Positions 15,401 to 30,100 of a stretch of 64,000 bases of DNA are shown piece after piece; positions within the stretch are counted from its first letter, which is position 1; each line of letters begins with the position of its first letter. Position numbers and translations under genes: made by a program. The notes beneath the pieces are model-generated. The model made no database searches. It saw nothing but the letters and a program-made list of their open reading frames with translations, and had not been told where the DNA came from. This stretch comes from Balanoglossus misakiensis (Eukaryota > Animalia > Hemichordata): the NCBI GenBank assembly GCA_040954595.2, contig CM082593.2, forward strand, positions 372,001 through 436,000, written 5' to 3'.

Positions 15401-18075
15401 TGTATTTGCGTCAGAAGTGAGGATTGGTAATTGCCCCTTTTCTGTTGTTCTGTTTGTGGGGGGGGGGGGGGGGGGGGGGTCAGTGATTCGTGATTTCAGT
15501 TGCAACGAATATCCATGTTTGAAGGTTATGAACTTGCATCACTTCAAGTCAATGACGTCAGGGGCTGCGTCGCACATGAGCTGATTGTCAGATTTGAAGT
15601 CTATTCCTAGATCCTGATTATTCATCGAAGTTCCTCAACAAACAATTAATGTAATGACCACGACATACTCCTATATTCTTGAAATAAGTTAGCTTTATTT
15701 TAAGACATTATAACTGTGGATTGTAGCGTGGGTAGAAATATATGAAACATCACAGCAAGCATCACATAATAGTAAAACAATGAACTATGGAGCCATTGAT
15801 TTACAAAGTAATGTGATTGTTATTTTCAATGAAAATAAAATGTTGAATTGGCCAACTTGAAACACTCATGTCTTCATAACTGGAAAATATTCTGCATTTG
15901 TGAGAAGGCAGTAGCCCTACATGGTGAAGCTTCGTTATCAGTGTGGTCATCTGAACCGGAAACAACGTGGGTCGGAAACGGCGGAAAGAAAACTGTCCGA
16001 AAGACCGCAGCAATCACGAAGGTTTTCCATATGGGGCTTCCCACCTCGACAACTTTCTGGTCATGAGAATGTACAGAGCATGAACCGCTATACAAGAGAA
16101 GTCAGTGACATTACATGAATCATAATACAAATAATTCACGGGTAAAAGTAATTTTGACTAAAAAATGTAAAAATAACAAATCCTTCAAGTAATTTGTTAG
16201 CTAGCTATTTCTGAAGAAAGGTACGTATTTAATCAGGAAAATAAGTGACCTTGTTGGATTGTACTTGAAGCAACAGGTGGGTCATCTAAAGAGGCATGAA
16301 GTTCTGATAATAACATCCTTTAGTAACAAGGCTGTCAATGGCAGATGTCACCCTGTTATAGCTTAGAGAAGTTTTTCAAAAACAGAGAATTCAGTCGGAA
16401 GACTGAGTTACCATAATATAACCATGTGAGATTCAAGATCTATTGAGATGATCACTTAGTAGGGATGTTTGTCAAGAAGGTTTCTGTTTTTAGCATTTCT
16501 CTGATTATCAGTTCTTATGTTTACGCAGTGTTCAGCAGTGGACTACGCAAATAATGGGAGCAGTGGGCTAACATTGGGCTAACCCACAGTTAGTCCAGTG
16601 TCGGCTAATTGGAAAAGAATGGTTGTTCTGTACTGTACTGTACATAAAGAAGAAGCATGCGAGGAACATGCATGTGTCATGCGAATCCTTGACTCTGTTG
16701 TATCATGGGACCATCTTTGTTATCATGTGATAATTATGTCTGTGTCCTTTGGTCTAATGGGAGATGGAAATTGCTTCTGTTAAGACATCGGTCAGAAATC
16801 TCATTGTTTGCTTCTTCTTTTCTCTTTTTCTTTCATCTCAGTTTTGGAAAACGTACATCAGGGAGTGGCAGAAGAGGAAGCGAATGTTTGATCTTGGAGC
16901 CGTCTGAGATGTTAGTGGTAAGTACATTGTGTATTTTGTGATGTGGATGGATGGATGGATGGTGCAGAAGGCTGAAGATGATAATGATCTTCGTCATATA
17001 CTGTATGGTTGACAGGGAAAAACATGGCAGTCAGATATAGAGAGTGTGTGTGATGATGTTGATGATGGTAGTGACGATGGTAATGATGACTGTATAGTGG
17101 TAGCGGTGATGATGATGGTGATAGCAATGGTTGAGTTTGGTGAAAATGGTGACAATTGTGCTGACAATGAAAAGTATCCAAGATGATGAGTAAGATGAAG
17201 CTGATAGGTCTGTGTTTACGAAAGCAAGCTGATGTGTACACAGTTCAAAGCAGAGAGAGTATAAAGTGAGAAAGTGGGGAGAGACAGAGAGACAGACACA
17301 GTGGCTGATGATACATGTACATGTATTGTATTATGCTTACAGAAACTGAGTACCTTTCTATCGGTATCACCTTTCATAACTGACTTTACTGTTTCCATGA
17401 CAACTGTCACCTATTCTGCCTATTATTCTCAAACGAAATTGACACCTCAGACTTCCTTATGAGGAGGCATGAGATCTGTTTATAGGGTATTATATTTATA
17501 AGCACAAATGGGGGTTATTTGCCTTCTGCCTGACATCTTAGATATTTACATGTACAAAGGATGGTACTTCTGACTATATTCTATGTATATACAGATATCT
17601 GTCTGTCTGTATATCCATCCATCCCTCTGTCTGTCTGTGTCTGTCTAGTTGATATCTCACGAATGTCTCATCAGATTTTAACTAAAACTGACTGACAGAG
17701 AGAGAGTGACAGTTTATCACATTTCTTTTAACTAAATGACTCCTTGTGTGAAATTAAAATATTGGAATGTCAGATTTTATTTAGCCTCTGAAGAACATGT
17801 AATGCAATGGTGCTCTGTTATATCACACCCACCTGGCGAAAATCCTTGATTGACTAAATCTCAACGTTCCATGGTCGCAGTGTGGCTGTGACTGTTTAAT
17901 GAATGGTTATATTTTTATCTTCTGACAGATTGACTATCCTGATGTACAGTTGATGAGACCTGGTCAGAGGCAATCTTGTACAACAATGAATCTAGAAAAA
18001 CTACTTGCCTTAGAACAGGAAGAAGTCAAAATTGCCAGAACACAGTCATTGGGAGAAGATGAGGTAGGAGAAATT

Positions 18076-18106
<31 letters not shown>

Positions 18107-21100
18107 TTTAATACTTTGAATAGCGCGACACGTTCCACACATATTCAGTGTGTGCTTGCAGTTTTACAAAAACAGGTGTCTTATTTTCATAAAGTCATTC
18201 CCATCGTGCTGTAAACGTTTAAAGGTCATGGGACATAGTTCATCATCATGAAATTGTATACCTGGATCATGATTAAGGTTCATAACCTTAGAATAAGATT
18301 CCATGTATGTAATTTCATGTATATTGTGGAAATTAATATCTGCAAGGTGGTTATAGGTGGCTGCCTAGCTTTCGTTGCAATGGAAAGATTAAGGGCTCGT
18401 AACACTTAACCCTTCACGCATCTCAGTTGAATTTTCTTGTCTCAGAATTCAGAGAGTAAATATTTACCATTTCACTGTTTAATACTCCATGGATATACAG
18501 TTTGAATTTTACTATAATGTTCATCCATACAGTTTCCCAATTCCATTGACCTGTGAATATGCCAATCCATCTTCAAAGAAATTAAAAGCATCAGTTGCAA
18601 CAATGTGCTGGTAAATTGTAAAGAAATGATGACCATTGCCAAACAACAAATAGATTCCATCCATCACAGGGATATTAAGGTGCTGAGCAGAGGAGGCCAT
18701 TTTTCAGCAATGCATTTCTCACTGTTTGTAATGTTTGTTTGTGTCGTGTGCATGTTTCAGTGCAGAAACAAAAATAGTGTGTATTGATTGTTGTCTTCCT
18801 GTAAAGTTTAATGAGTTGTCAAGATTTTGTGAGAAAAGAAAGTTGACCAATAATGCTCTAAGTTTTAGCATATCAGTGTAGAGACCTTGTGATTATCAGT
18901 GTCGTAACACTGACTTTTGACTCATGAATATTCATTAGCAGAGACGCCCTGTCATCCGACTGGAACGAACCCAGTCTCTCGGCGATGAAAAGGTAATCTA
19001 AAACTTCAAATCCCAATTATGGTGGTCATCCATGTTGTTGAATATATGGTGGTTTATGTTCGCAAGTCTGTTTTGTGTAGTTTGAATGTGTGTTACATGA
19101 TCATCTCTGTTAAAGTCGTCTACATCATCATCACTTCCCTTTATTGTACGCACTTTGATATTTCTGTGACATTCTGCATGATGAGGTGAATTTTAAGGAA
19201 GACATTTCCCACCTACCAAGGTTGTCCTTTTTAGATGGTGCAAAAAGTATTGTGTTATCTCAGTTGTTGGCTGCATGCGCTGAGCGTTGTTTTTAGTGCT
19301 TTATACAATACACAACACAAAACAAAAGAAAAGAAAACAAAACAAGACAATGCAAATCAACACAAAAACAAAAATACACACAACACATTACAAGAAGATA
19401 AAAACAAAGGCAGGATAATGCAGAGTAAACGTGAAAAATCAGTATAAGCTAAAGAAAGCCAATATGTACAATACGGACTAGTACCAGTACACTTTAATTA
19501 GAATCAACTACACAGGATGGACATTCCATCATTTTGTTGCCTTGGTAACAGTGGTCCGGTTTGGTGTCTGCTTTGTCGTGGTGGTGTCCAGGAAACGTAT
19601 CATGTCATCGTGGGTAGAAAGGGTAAATGAACTGGTCACTGGTTCAGAATGAATGTTAACTTCAAATATCTTCAATAGGTCTTTAAATATTCTTTAAAGG
19701 ATTGAGTGTTGTTGCATTATTGTCATCTTGCTCAATGAAAGTGTACTTTCCTTCGCAAGCAGTACCCTGCTGAGTGAAAACCCCAGTCAACCCCATCTTT
19801 TAATTTCCTCAACATGACATTTGTAATTGCCCATCTTCCCCCATTTTACCTAACTTTTTAACTACCCTAATGTCTCTAACTCTAATCTCCCGGTCTAATC
19901 TCCCCTGTAGCACTTCACCAAATCCTGCAAGCATGTTTTATGTGTCGGCCATCTTATATACTTACTCTCAAATCCCGATTTTTTCCAAACACCTGAACTT
20001 GACCACCCATGTAACTCTAACCCAATCCCTTTGATGTTTTGCGTAACTTGTTCACTTGTCCACATACATTTCATTTCCTGTAGTGTTTTCCTAACTCTAC
20101 TGTTCAACTGTAGATATTTGTAGCTCACTTCTCTACCCTCTCATATGTTTTGTTGCCGAATGCTACCCTAGCTAAACTGTAGTACTTTCCCTAACTATCT
20201 TGACTAACTCTACCCTCAACCACTGTCTTTTTTACCACTTAACTCACTCATGTTCCTTAGTATGGGACTCTATTTAATCTCACTAGACTCTGTCACGACA
20301 TGGACAGATCCTGTCACCTTGCAGGAAGAGCAAACACAAGATGAGACTTGTAAGTTTTTAACAACCTCTGCAAATCTCAACTGCAATGTATATGTCTTTA
20401 GTCCTGCCACTACAAATACTTACCTTTACAATCCTAGCATGATACATGTTGTCCCATTCTCTTGCAAAGTAAGATTAACAGTTTCATTGTCAGATGAGAG
20501 AGTAAGTTAGCATAAGGTTCAGCCCCTTTGGAGTTCGGTTGAGACAGGTTTTACTGTATTTTCAAGTTTGTTTTGATCTGTTCCCTGGATTACAATTCCA
20601 TGGTCCATCCTGTCTGTTCAGTTGTAAACAAACCTAATTAGGTAAATACGTACAAGAAGGAAACCTGACAAGATATTTATAATAATATTTTCTTATATTT
20701 GTTGGAATAATTAGATGTATATCATGACTCATCAAAGAAGTATCTTCACAAATAAGCTACCATATCCTGACATGCTGTTTTCAACAAATTTATTTTGCCT
20801 TAAGTCTTCCGCGAATGAAGCTGTCAGCGAAAATGAAGGCAGTCTAAAAATATTTGAAGAGCTGTAGTGCTCATTGACATGATGTTCTCAAATGTCACCT
20901 TTTCACCCGCCTAAGACATGAAACCCACTACAACTTTTGTAATTGGTGTTTTTTTCTGTCCTTCATGTGTGTTCTGTGGAATTAAATGTACTCTATGTAA
21001 GTATGGACTGTGTCTCTTCTTTCCCTTCTCCTCTCTTTGTGTAATCACTTCCACTTAACCCTTTCACCACTATGGTTTGGTCCAACACACTTGTTTTCTA

Positions 21101-24100
21101 TAGCAATGCTGGACCTTTGTACTCGGAAATGGGGGTGAAAGGGTTCAATCTGCACCATCTATATTCTTTGCTTGTATCTGCTTGGTGAATGTATTATTTT
21201 GGCACCTGCACTTTTATTTCAGTTGTTAAAATCCCTCCAATGCAATCCCAGTTTGATGCTTCAGGAGCTGTCATGCTCTGTTCATGCTCTGTTCAGTTAT
21301 CAGTTCTTTATTACCTGTTTGTGTTCTTCAAAAAAGTCGTGCCATGTTCTTTGAAATAAGTCTTGCCATGCGTGGATGGTGAAAGTTGCCTTGTAAATTT
21401 CCCGGCCATATTTCGTGGAAATGTGAAACAGTCGAAGTACCAATCCAAAAACAGAATCGTGACAAATTACCTCTTTCCTTGCAGTTCATTGCATTCCACT
21501 TTGAAAGATAGACTTCCATTTATTGACAGCGTAACCACATGCAGACCTTATCAAAAAGACTCAAACTCCAGCTCGTTTATACCTCCATTACAGGGACATG
21601 AAATCTGAGAGCGTCTGCCCCGGCAGAAATAATTCACTCTGTGTTTAAAATAGTTGATTCGTGTAGTCTCCAAGGATACTGTTGCACTGAATCCTTGCAG
21701 AAAAATTTCAAATCAGGTGTGCGAGGATGTGCATGGATAGACTGCTGATTTCTGGGATATTTTTCCGGTATCAGTTCCTGCAGAATTTTCCTTTTTGGAA
21801 TTCTTTGTAAGAGGACACCATATCAATGTATATTTTATATGAGTTCATAATCATGATATGTCTGTTTATAAAGCATGGAATATCTTTGGAATGTGTTCCC
21901 GTTATGTATCATGTGTATATCATATAATGTAAAGTTACAGGAGATTGTGGACTATATGATTATATTTATTACATTTTCCAGTTGAATGCATACATGTACA
22001 TGGCATCAGTCAGCATCACAGAACCACAATATCCCACACTACACATACTCATTAGAATGTAAAAATGTGGAGTTCAGTTGTGATATTCAAACATTATTTG
22101 AAATAGATACATGTAGTTTATAAGTTTTTCACCCTATTTGTATGTATATGGGTCTGGTCACACTGATGGGATTGACCCAAAGTGCAGTGGTGAAAAGGTG
22201 GTGATGTTTTTTATGAGCTATTCAAAGCATTTGCATTAATCCTCATTGCTTCATCCAACAGGTTCCATTGGAACTTCAAAATGTTCAGAGCCTTATCAAG
22301 AGAGCAGAACAAGAACATGGATTACACATCCGTGTGCCAAGTACTGCCAGTATTAGCGATAAAAGTTCACGTCCAAGCAGTGATTCAAGTAGTTACTCCG
22401 ACTTATTCCAGCCAATTGACAGTATAGATGTAGATCTGACGGGACTTGTAGAGAGTACAGTAGACTCTGATGAGGAAGACCAGGATCAGGAATCATCAGA
22501 GGTATGTAAGACCAACTGTGATTGGACACTGAGTAGCTGAGTCACTAAAACAAACTCTTCCTGAGCTAATCACTGCCAAGCTTTCATTTGTACATGGGAG
22601 GATTTCAGTGAAACATGAAGTATAGTCGGCATTATTGGCTAATCATTAATTTTGTCATCATCATTTCAGTCCCTTTCAGTTCGTGATATTGTTAGAGACT
22701 GTTTAGAAAAAGATCCAGTTGACAGAACAGAAGATGACATTGGTAAGTTTGCAGTAACTATTTGCAATAAATTGAGATAGCTTTCTGCTATGTTAACTGA
22801 TCGCATCTAGGTCATCTCTTGGTCAGCCCAAGGCTAGCCCATTTCATACCACATTGTCACAACTCATTCAAGACATTTTACATTAACAATTGTCCAGACT
22901 ACTTAAACAGTAATGACATTTGGCCATAGACAGTAGAGGGGCCATAGACTACTGTCTATTATTTGGCCAACATTGTCAACTCGTCGTCAGCCCAGTTTTA
23001 ATACCTAATTGGAAACACACCTAACCTATACATGTCTATGACCCACAGAGATTCTGCTTGACTTCATCCGGCATTTACCAGCATTTGCTAATATGACACT
23101 GGCTGTCAGAAGGGCGCTGTGCGCTGTCATGGTTTTTGCTGTTGTTGAAAAAGCTGGTACAGTAGTTATGAAAGACAATGAAGAGGTGAGTAAAAGATGT
23201 AGAGTTGTTCGGATTGTTCACATTTGCTGGTTTGAACCTGTTTGAATCTTGTTAGAATCTTGTGTTTTCCCAAGCCAATCAGAGCGCTTGTTATAGAAAA
23301 CATGCGCACGCCAGAATGTCTATCCAAAACGTTGTTTTCTACTTGTCACTTGGGCCTCATTGTTTGTCATGTCCTGATTACATTTGAATATTGCTCAACA
23401 AATCAAATGCGAGCAAAGTGTCCTTGATGATATTTTTGTAATGAAGCCTATAAGGATTCATTCTCTATGGAAACATTTCTGATGCGCAGTTAGAAGCATT
23501 ACTTGCGTGTAGCCCTCGTGCATCAGACGAGTTTCAAAGCCATTCTGTGTAGGCAGTCATTTACAGTAGACTCTTGTCATCCTGCAGCTCGATTCTTGGT
23601 CTGTCATCTTAAACGGACACGTGGAAATCGTCAGACCTGACAACACAGTTGAACATCTACATCTGGGAGACAGGTGAGAAAAATTTATAAACACAGTTTG
23701 GGTCTTGGGATCTTTAGTTACTGTGATAACACACCATCACTGCTATCCCTTGAAGATGTTGTTTATTGTGGTTAGTGTGCAGTTCTAGGCTATCATTTGT
23801 GAAGTGTTATAAGTAAGCTCTTTCAGTTGCTTCATTTGTGTCAATTTTCTGTCATTTTTATGTCCTAGCTTCGGGTGTGCACCAAGTTTAACAAAGCAGA
23901 CCCATCGAGGCACAATGAAAACAAAAGTGGATGACTGCCAGTTTGTGTGCATTGCACAGAGCAACTACTACAGAATTCTCCACCAGGGCGAAGAGAACAC
24001 GCGGAAAGTGGAGGAGGAAGGAGAGGTTGTCATGGTTACAGAGCATCGAATACTGGATGGTGGAAATCGCAAAGGCCATGTTGTTATCAAGGTATATTTT

Positions 24101-27100
24101 GAGTTCTTCAGGCATGGTTAATTAAAGTCTAATGTACGAGCTGTGCGTGGCAATTAGTTTGTGAGTAAGTCATCAGGTTTCTGGACCATCTCAGACCTGA
24201 GTTCCTGGTTACATATCTAAATTTATCCCTATATCCGGAGGAGTTTAGGCCTTGAACGGTTTACAGTTATTAGGTTGAGTGGAATGAGCAACGAATCCAG
24301 GTCATAATACATAATAGAATTACATCAGATGCGTATATGAGTGAAACTGGACCTGAAGTGTTCTAGGCATAATTTGTGTTTTTCAAGGCCCATGTTTTCG
24401 TTCAATTAAGCTCCACTTTGCAACAGTTTCACATTGGATTTGGAGCAAACCGTCGTGGTGAAAGTGTTAAATGGTTATGGTAACACTAATTTCTGTTTAC
24501 AGGGCACTCCTGAAAGACTTATGCAACACTTAATAGAAGATCACTCGACTGTAGATCCAACATACGTGGAAGATTTCATCATGACATATAGGACATTTAT
24601 TAGGAATTCTAAACAACTTACAACAAATTTACTCCTTTGGTTTAGAAATCCTAACATTAGAGATAGGGTAAGTTTCTTTTGATGGTCTCCATAATTAGTT
24701 GACAATAGTTTGTGATGAGTTATCAGTTGGTCAACAGTGGATAATTACCTTTTAAATTACCTAAAATGATTGGCGTAATTTTGTATTATAGAGACCAAAA
24801 AGTGATTGTTCTGACTTGTGTATTTTTACTGACAGGTAACAAGAGTAGTTTTACTTTGGGTGAACAACCATTACAATGACTTTGAAAGTGATCCTGATTT
24901 GGTGGAATTTTTGGAACAGTTTGAAGACTTGCTAGAAGGACAGGTAAGACAACACAAAAACACAGGGGTTATTGTTTGGAAATAGCAATAATTCCCTTCA
25001 GTAATGTGTGCAGTCTTGAACTTGCATCTCCTGAAATCAAAACCAACCTCAGAAAAAGTTGCAGAAAGATATCACATTGTACAATCATGATAGCAGCGAA
25101 GTTTTCTTTAGTGGTTTGATAACTCTTCATTATGTTTTTTTTTCTCCATAGAATATGACGGGTCAACTCAGGTTGCTTCATATTGCATGTGCTGCCAAAG
25201 CAAAACAACGAACTCTGACATTGGTGAGTACCTTTGTCAAAATGCTGTGTAATATTCGAGCCACAAACAGCCCCCAGAGACGTGCAGGTATATCACAGGA
25301 TTTTGACCAATTTATGGCATTTGACGTTAACCAGCAGAAAGTTAACAACATGTTGAATTTGATCATGTTTATTTTTCAGGCAAGGTCGACCAGAGACTCA
25401 GTACTTCATTTTTCAGTATTAGGAGGACGAGAAAGAGGCTGTGGTATATTTGTTTCAAAAGTTGAAAAAGGCTCGAAGGCACAGGAAGTTGGATTGAGAA
25501 GGGGAGATCAAGTGAGTATACACTTGTAAACGTAGTTGTTTCTTCATTTCACATCTCAAATTTTGCCAAAGTGCCCTCTATGGCAAGACTGGCTGCATAT
25601 TTGTGCCTATTTTCACATATCTCTTCAGCTGATTTATTATGTTTTTTCTCACCAGATTTTAGAAGTAAATGGTCACAATTTTGAAAGAATGTTGCATGCT
25701 AAAGCACTTGAAATTCTGCGGGGAACAACTCATCTCAGCATCACCCTCAAAACTAATATGTTAGGTAAGATTTCTTTAGTTGTTGGAGAACCGGAAATAT
25801 GGATGATAAGGATTTTGAAACTGTTTTTCAGAATATGAAAAACATGGAATACAGATATATTTTCCAGGACTGGAAAGGACTAATACATTGATCTTATTCT
25901 ATGTATTTTTTAGCTTTCAAAGAAATGTTAAGCACACCAGAACATCCCGACCGTAGAATGAGCAGAGAACTGGCCAGATTGCAGTCCAATCCTAGAGGGC
26001 GCCTTTCCATCCCAGATATCGCAGCAACACTCAGCGTACCGCCCTCACCGACAATTAAGTGTAAGGAGAAAGATAAGAAGGGATTCGCCACGCTCGGTCA
26101 CAAAGCCAGGATACGAAGAGCTATGGCCAAACTTAGTATTCTACCAAATAAAAACATGCATGGAAGGTAAGTAGTTGTTACATCTTGAAATTGGATCACA
26201 TGCTTCATCAAAAATCAATCTTATTAAAATCTGATGTAGAGGATAAATAAAACTTTAAATTTGTTTTTCATTGTTTAGTGACACCCAGCTGAACAGAACA
26301 CAGGATGATTCCAACATGCCCGGGAAGAGAACAAGTGTGTCTAGTCTACCGAGCAGTTTTCTGAGTAACAGTAATCCTGATCTGACAGCTCCACAAAATT
26401 ATGATTCATACAACGGACGCACAGATTTTCCAGATAATGTCGTCAAAGTCTATAAACCTGATCAAACTTGTAAATATTTTCTTGTACATAAGGTAAGATT
26501 TTAGATCTCTGAGAGATTCTATTTTCTTGATGTCTCTGTCAGTTCAGTCAAAGTAGCACCCATCTAATGTTGGGGCTCAGTTCAATATTTGACTTTCATC
26601 AAAGTCTCATTTATGAGATTATTAACTTATGAATGTCGTCACGTCTTTTTCCTAACCAGGAAACCACAGCCAGAGAAGTAGTGATGTTAGCCATGAGGGA
26701 ATTTGGTTTGACGGATAATCACAATTTTGGAAAATACTCACTGTGCGAGGTCTCCGTGGCACTAGAAGGTTTAGTCAAGCAAAAGAGATTACCAGATCAT
26801 CTCAATAATCTAGCAGATCGGATCAGCCTTAATGGAAGATATTACTTGAAAAATAATATGACAACAGAGCAGCTGGTTCCTGATGAAATTGCTGTGGTAA
26901 GTTTGTAAATGCTAAACAGGTCAATAATTGTATTATGTCACTCTAAATGGGGGTCATAATAGCTTTATCTAGTGGATGATTGGTTAATGGTTCTGTCCAA
27001 TTGCATTAGTGATGTGGAGGCAAATATCAAAGAGTCTGTTTTGGAAGTATATGTACCCAAGTTAAAATCCTGTCCTACAATATTCTGATGGTTTCAGTGA

Positions 27101-30100
27101 TCGTTTTCTATTTCTCTTTCAGGAACTTTTAAAAGAGGGCCAAGTGAGTTTCTTACAACTCAACAGTGTGGAAGTTGCAATACACTTAACTTTACGAGAC
27201 TTTGAACTTTTTCAAGCCATTGAACCAACAGAATACATTGACGATCTTTGGAAGATACGGTCGAAACACGGCACAAAAAAACTTAGAGATTTTGAGGAGG
27301 TGAGTACAATGTCTATCACATAACTCTGACAGCCTCTGTCTTTGTACCTGTGAAGGTTACCTCTAACCCTTTCACCCCCAGTTCCCTCTTTAGAGGTCCA
27401 GCTTCACAATAGAAAACAATGGGTTTGGACTGACCCATGGTGGTGAAAGGGTTGAGTCATAGAGCAATATTTTGTTCTGATTATATCTTTTCTGGCATTG
27501 TGTACTAGCCTGAAAGTAACTTTGCTTTGTTCTTCTTCAATTTACAGCTTGTTGATCAAGAGATGTTTTGGATCGTCACGGAAATATGCAATGAACCTAA
27601 CATAGTGAAGAGAACGAGAATTGTCAAACAGTTCATTAAAATTGCCAGTAAGTGTCTGATGAAATGTGTTACTCTTTCATTCAGGAATAAAACAGATACC
27701 GATAAAAAGTGCTCAAATGATGTGTAATTGTACTGAATTGTTTAGTGGTGTTGAATATTTGAAAATAAGCTTTTACTAGTACTCCCATAAACTCTGCCAG
27801 TTGTGATATCAACATGATTCATATTTTGTTTTACAGGACATTGCAAAGACTGTAAAAATTTCAACTCCATGTTTGCAATCTTGAGTGGCTTATCACACAG
27901 TGCAGTCACTAGGTTGCGATCGACGTGGGACAAGATTCCCAGTAAATACTCCAAGATGTTTGCTGATCTTCAAGATTTCATGGACCCATCCAGAAACATG
28001 TGCAAGTATAGAAATCTTGTCAACTCGGAGAATGCCCAACCACCAGTGGTAAGGAATACTTCTAACTTGTCATGATGAAAGCATGTAATCTACAACTAAA
28101 ATAGGTTATATCGTCTTTAGAAAGTGATATTTTTTTGCATTTTAAACCCAATGTCTCCTGTGGTCAGCAATCATTGAATGTCTGTCTTTCCATTCATCTT
28201 CAGATTCCATTTTTCCCAGTGGTCAAGAAAGATTTGACATTTATCCATCTAGGAAATGATTCTGTTGTCGATAATCTGATTAACTTTGAAAAACTGCGGA
28301 TGATTGCGAAGGAAGTGCGGTATATCTGTCGGATGGGGTCATCATACTTTGTGAGTAACAGTAATTGATCTAATAGTGATCTGTATAAATGATAAAAGCT
28401 GTAACTTAGCTAAGACGATTTCGAATTCATTGATTGGATAAATTGTGATAGTGAATTTGTTGAGTGAATGAAGCTGAATCTTTCTGTGTTTTTGTCTTTC
28501 TGCAGGATCCCAAGAATATGTTTGATCACACGTCCACAGTTGGCGGGCCAAGTGTGGCGTTTGCTGTCCTAGGAGCTGTGGCCGGTCCCACAGTCGCCGC
28601 ACAGAGAAAGAAAACATATGGAAGGAGAAATTCAACGCTTCCTAACCCAAAGAAAATATGGGAAGAGGTAAGGCCATTTCCACTGTAAATTTTCTTTGTG
28701 AAGTTACTGTGTGATCACAGCCATGTTTCCTTGTTTCAATTCTTCTTTTTATTTTTATATTTTCCAGAGCCAAATGGAACGAAAAGTCAAAGAGTACATC
28801 AAAAACACCAAAGTAGTAAAAGATGAAAAAGAACTCATGAAACTGTCAGTGATCTGTGAGGGCGCTACAACATCAGGTTTGTTGACCCAGAATGTCTAGG
28901 CATGTTTGTAGCCATGGAAACAGGATGCTGTAAATTACACATTGATGTGTTATTTCTTGAAAGGTGGTATCACCTGGACTTTTTCTATGTAGATGTTCAA
29001 TATACTGTTAGATTTGAGAAGATGCGAGCTATAAAAGTACCGAGAAGAGCAGAGTCACCTTGTGATCGTTTACGGAGAACACATAGTAAGACTTATTTTT
29101 AAATTGATTTCTTCAGATCATACCAACTGCAATATATTTGAAATCATGGATAAGTTTTGTTTACTGTATTCCATCACGGTCACTTTGAACAGTTTGGATA
29201 AATCTATGATGGACATGTTTATCACAAATCAGAGTTTGAAAGTACTTACTGGTATTAAAGCTAGACAGCAAAACTTATCCTTTTAATATATTGCAGTTGT
29301 GTATGAATCATAGCCTTACACAAATATTTATTATATTTTCCCAAATTTTTTTGCACAGATAAACCACAACCAGGTTCATCGACAATATCAAGTTCATCTC
29401 TTAGGAGAAACACCCTGCCAAACTTAACAGAAAGTACAACATCACTAACACAAACAAAACCAATCAACACAACAACAGCAGTAGCAACAACAACATCAAT
29501 ACAGGCTAAGAGAATGGTGTTTCCAGATGAACCTAAAACAAGATTTGGTGAGGTTTCTTCTGAATCTATTCCTGTCTTTCTTCGTTCCTGTCAATTCCTC
29601 TATCTGTAGCAGTGTTGTAACTCTTTGTGGCTGGCTAAATGTCCATGGCTGTCATTAGCGGTACCTGTCTCTGTGTACTGTTATGTGTGTGTTGTTGTGT
29701 CTATCAATCTGTACATCTTTAGACACACCTACAGAGAAGGGACCTAGGACAGGCATGTTGTGCGTGTCTGAGAATGTACCTGATAATATAATAAATTTTG
29801 ACACCAAATGAAACTGAATTTTTTTTTCTTCTCACTGTGACAGGTGCTACGTCACCTAAGCATCTCAGGAAGCTTCTAGCATTGTCAGAAGAGGGACAGA
29901 AAAGAATGAAAAGTAGCAAAGGAAGTTTGAACATATTCAGACCTTCCAAAAGTGCCAATACTTCGCCATCTTCATCTCCTCCAAACTCGCCACCTGAGGG
30001 CGTACGACAACAACTACGTAGACCTCCCAGTTTACAGCGATCACACACAGACACCAGTGAAAGTGGGGTTGGTAGTGCTGGTAGCAGTATTGGTAGTTCA

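Noticed and set aside
15801-16118. Cluster of overlapping short ORFs
   Set aside because: No domain similarity or matching splice sites; probably a decayed repeat.
16912-17241. His-rich 109-aa ORF
   Set aside because: It is the translation of a (GAT/GGT) microsatellite.
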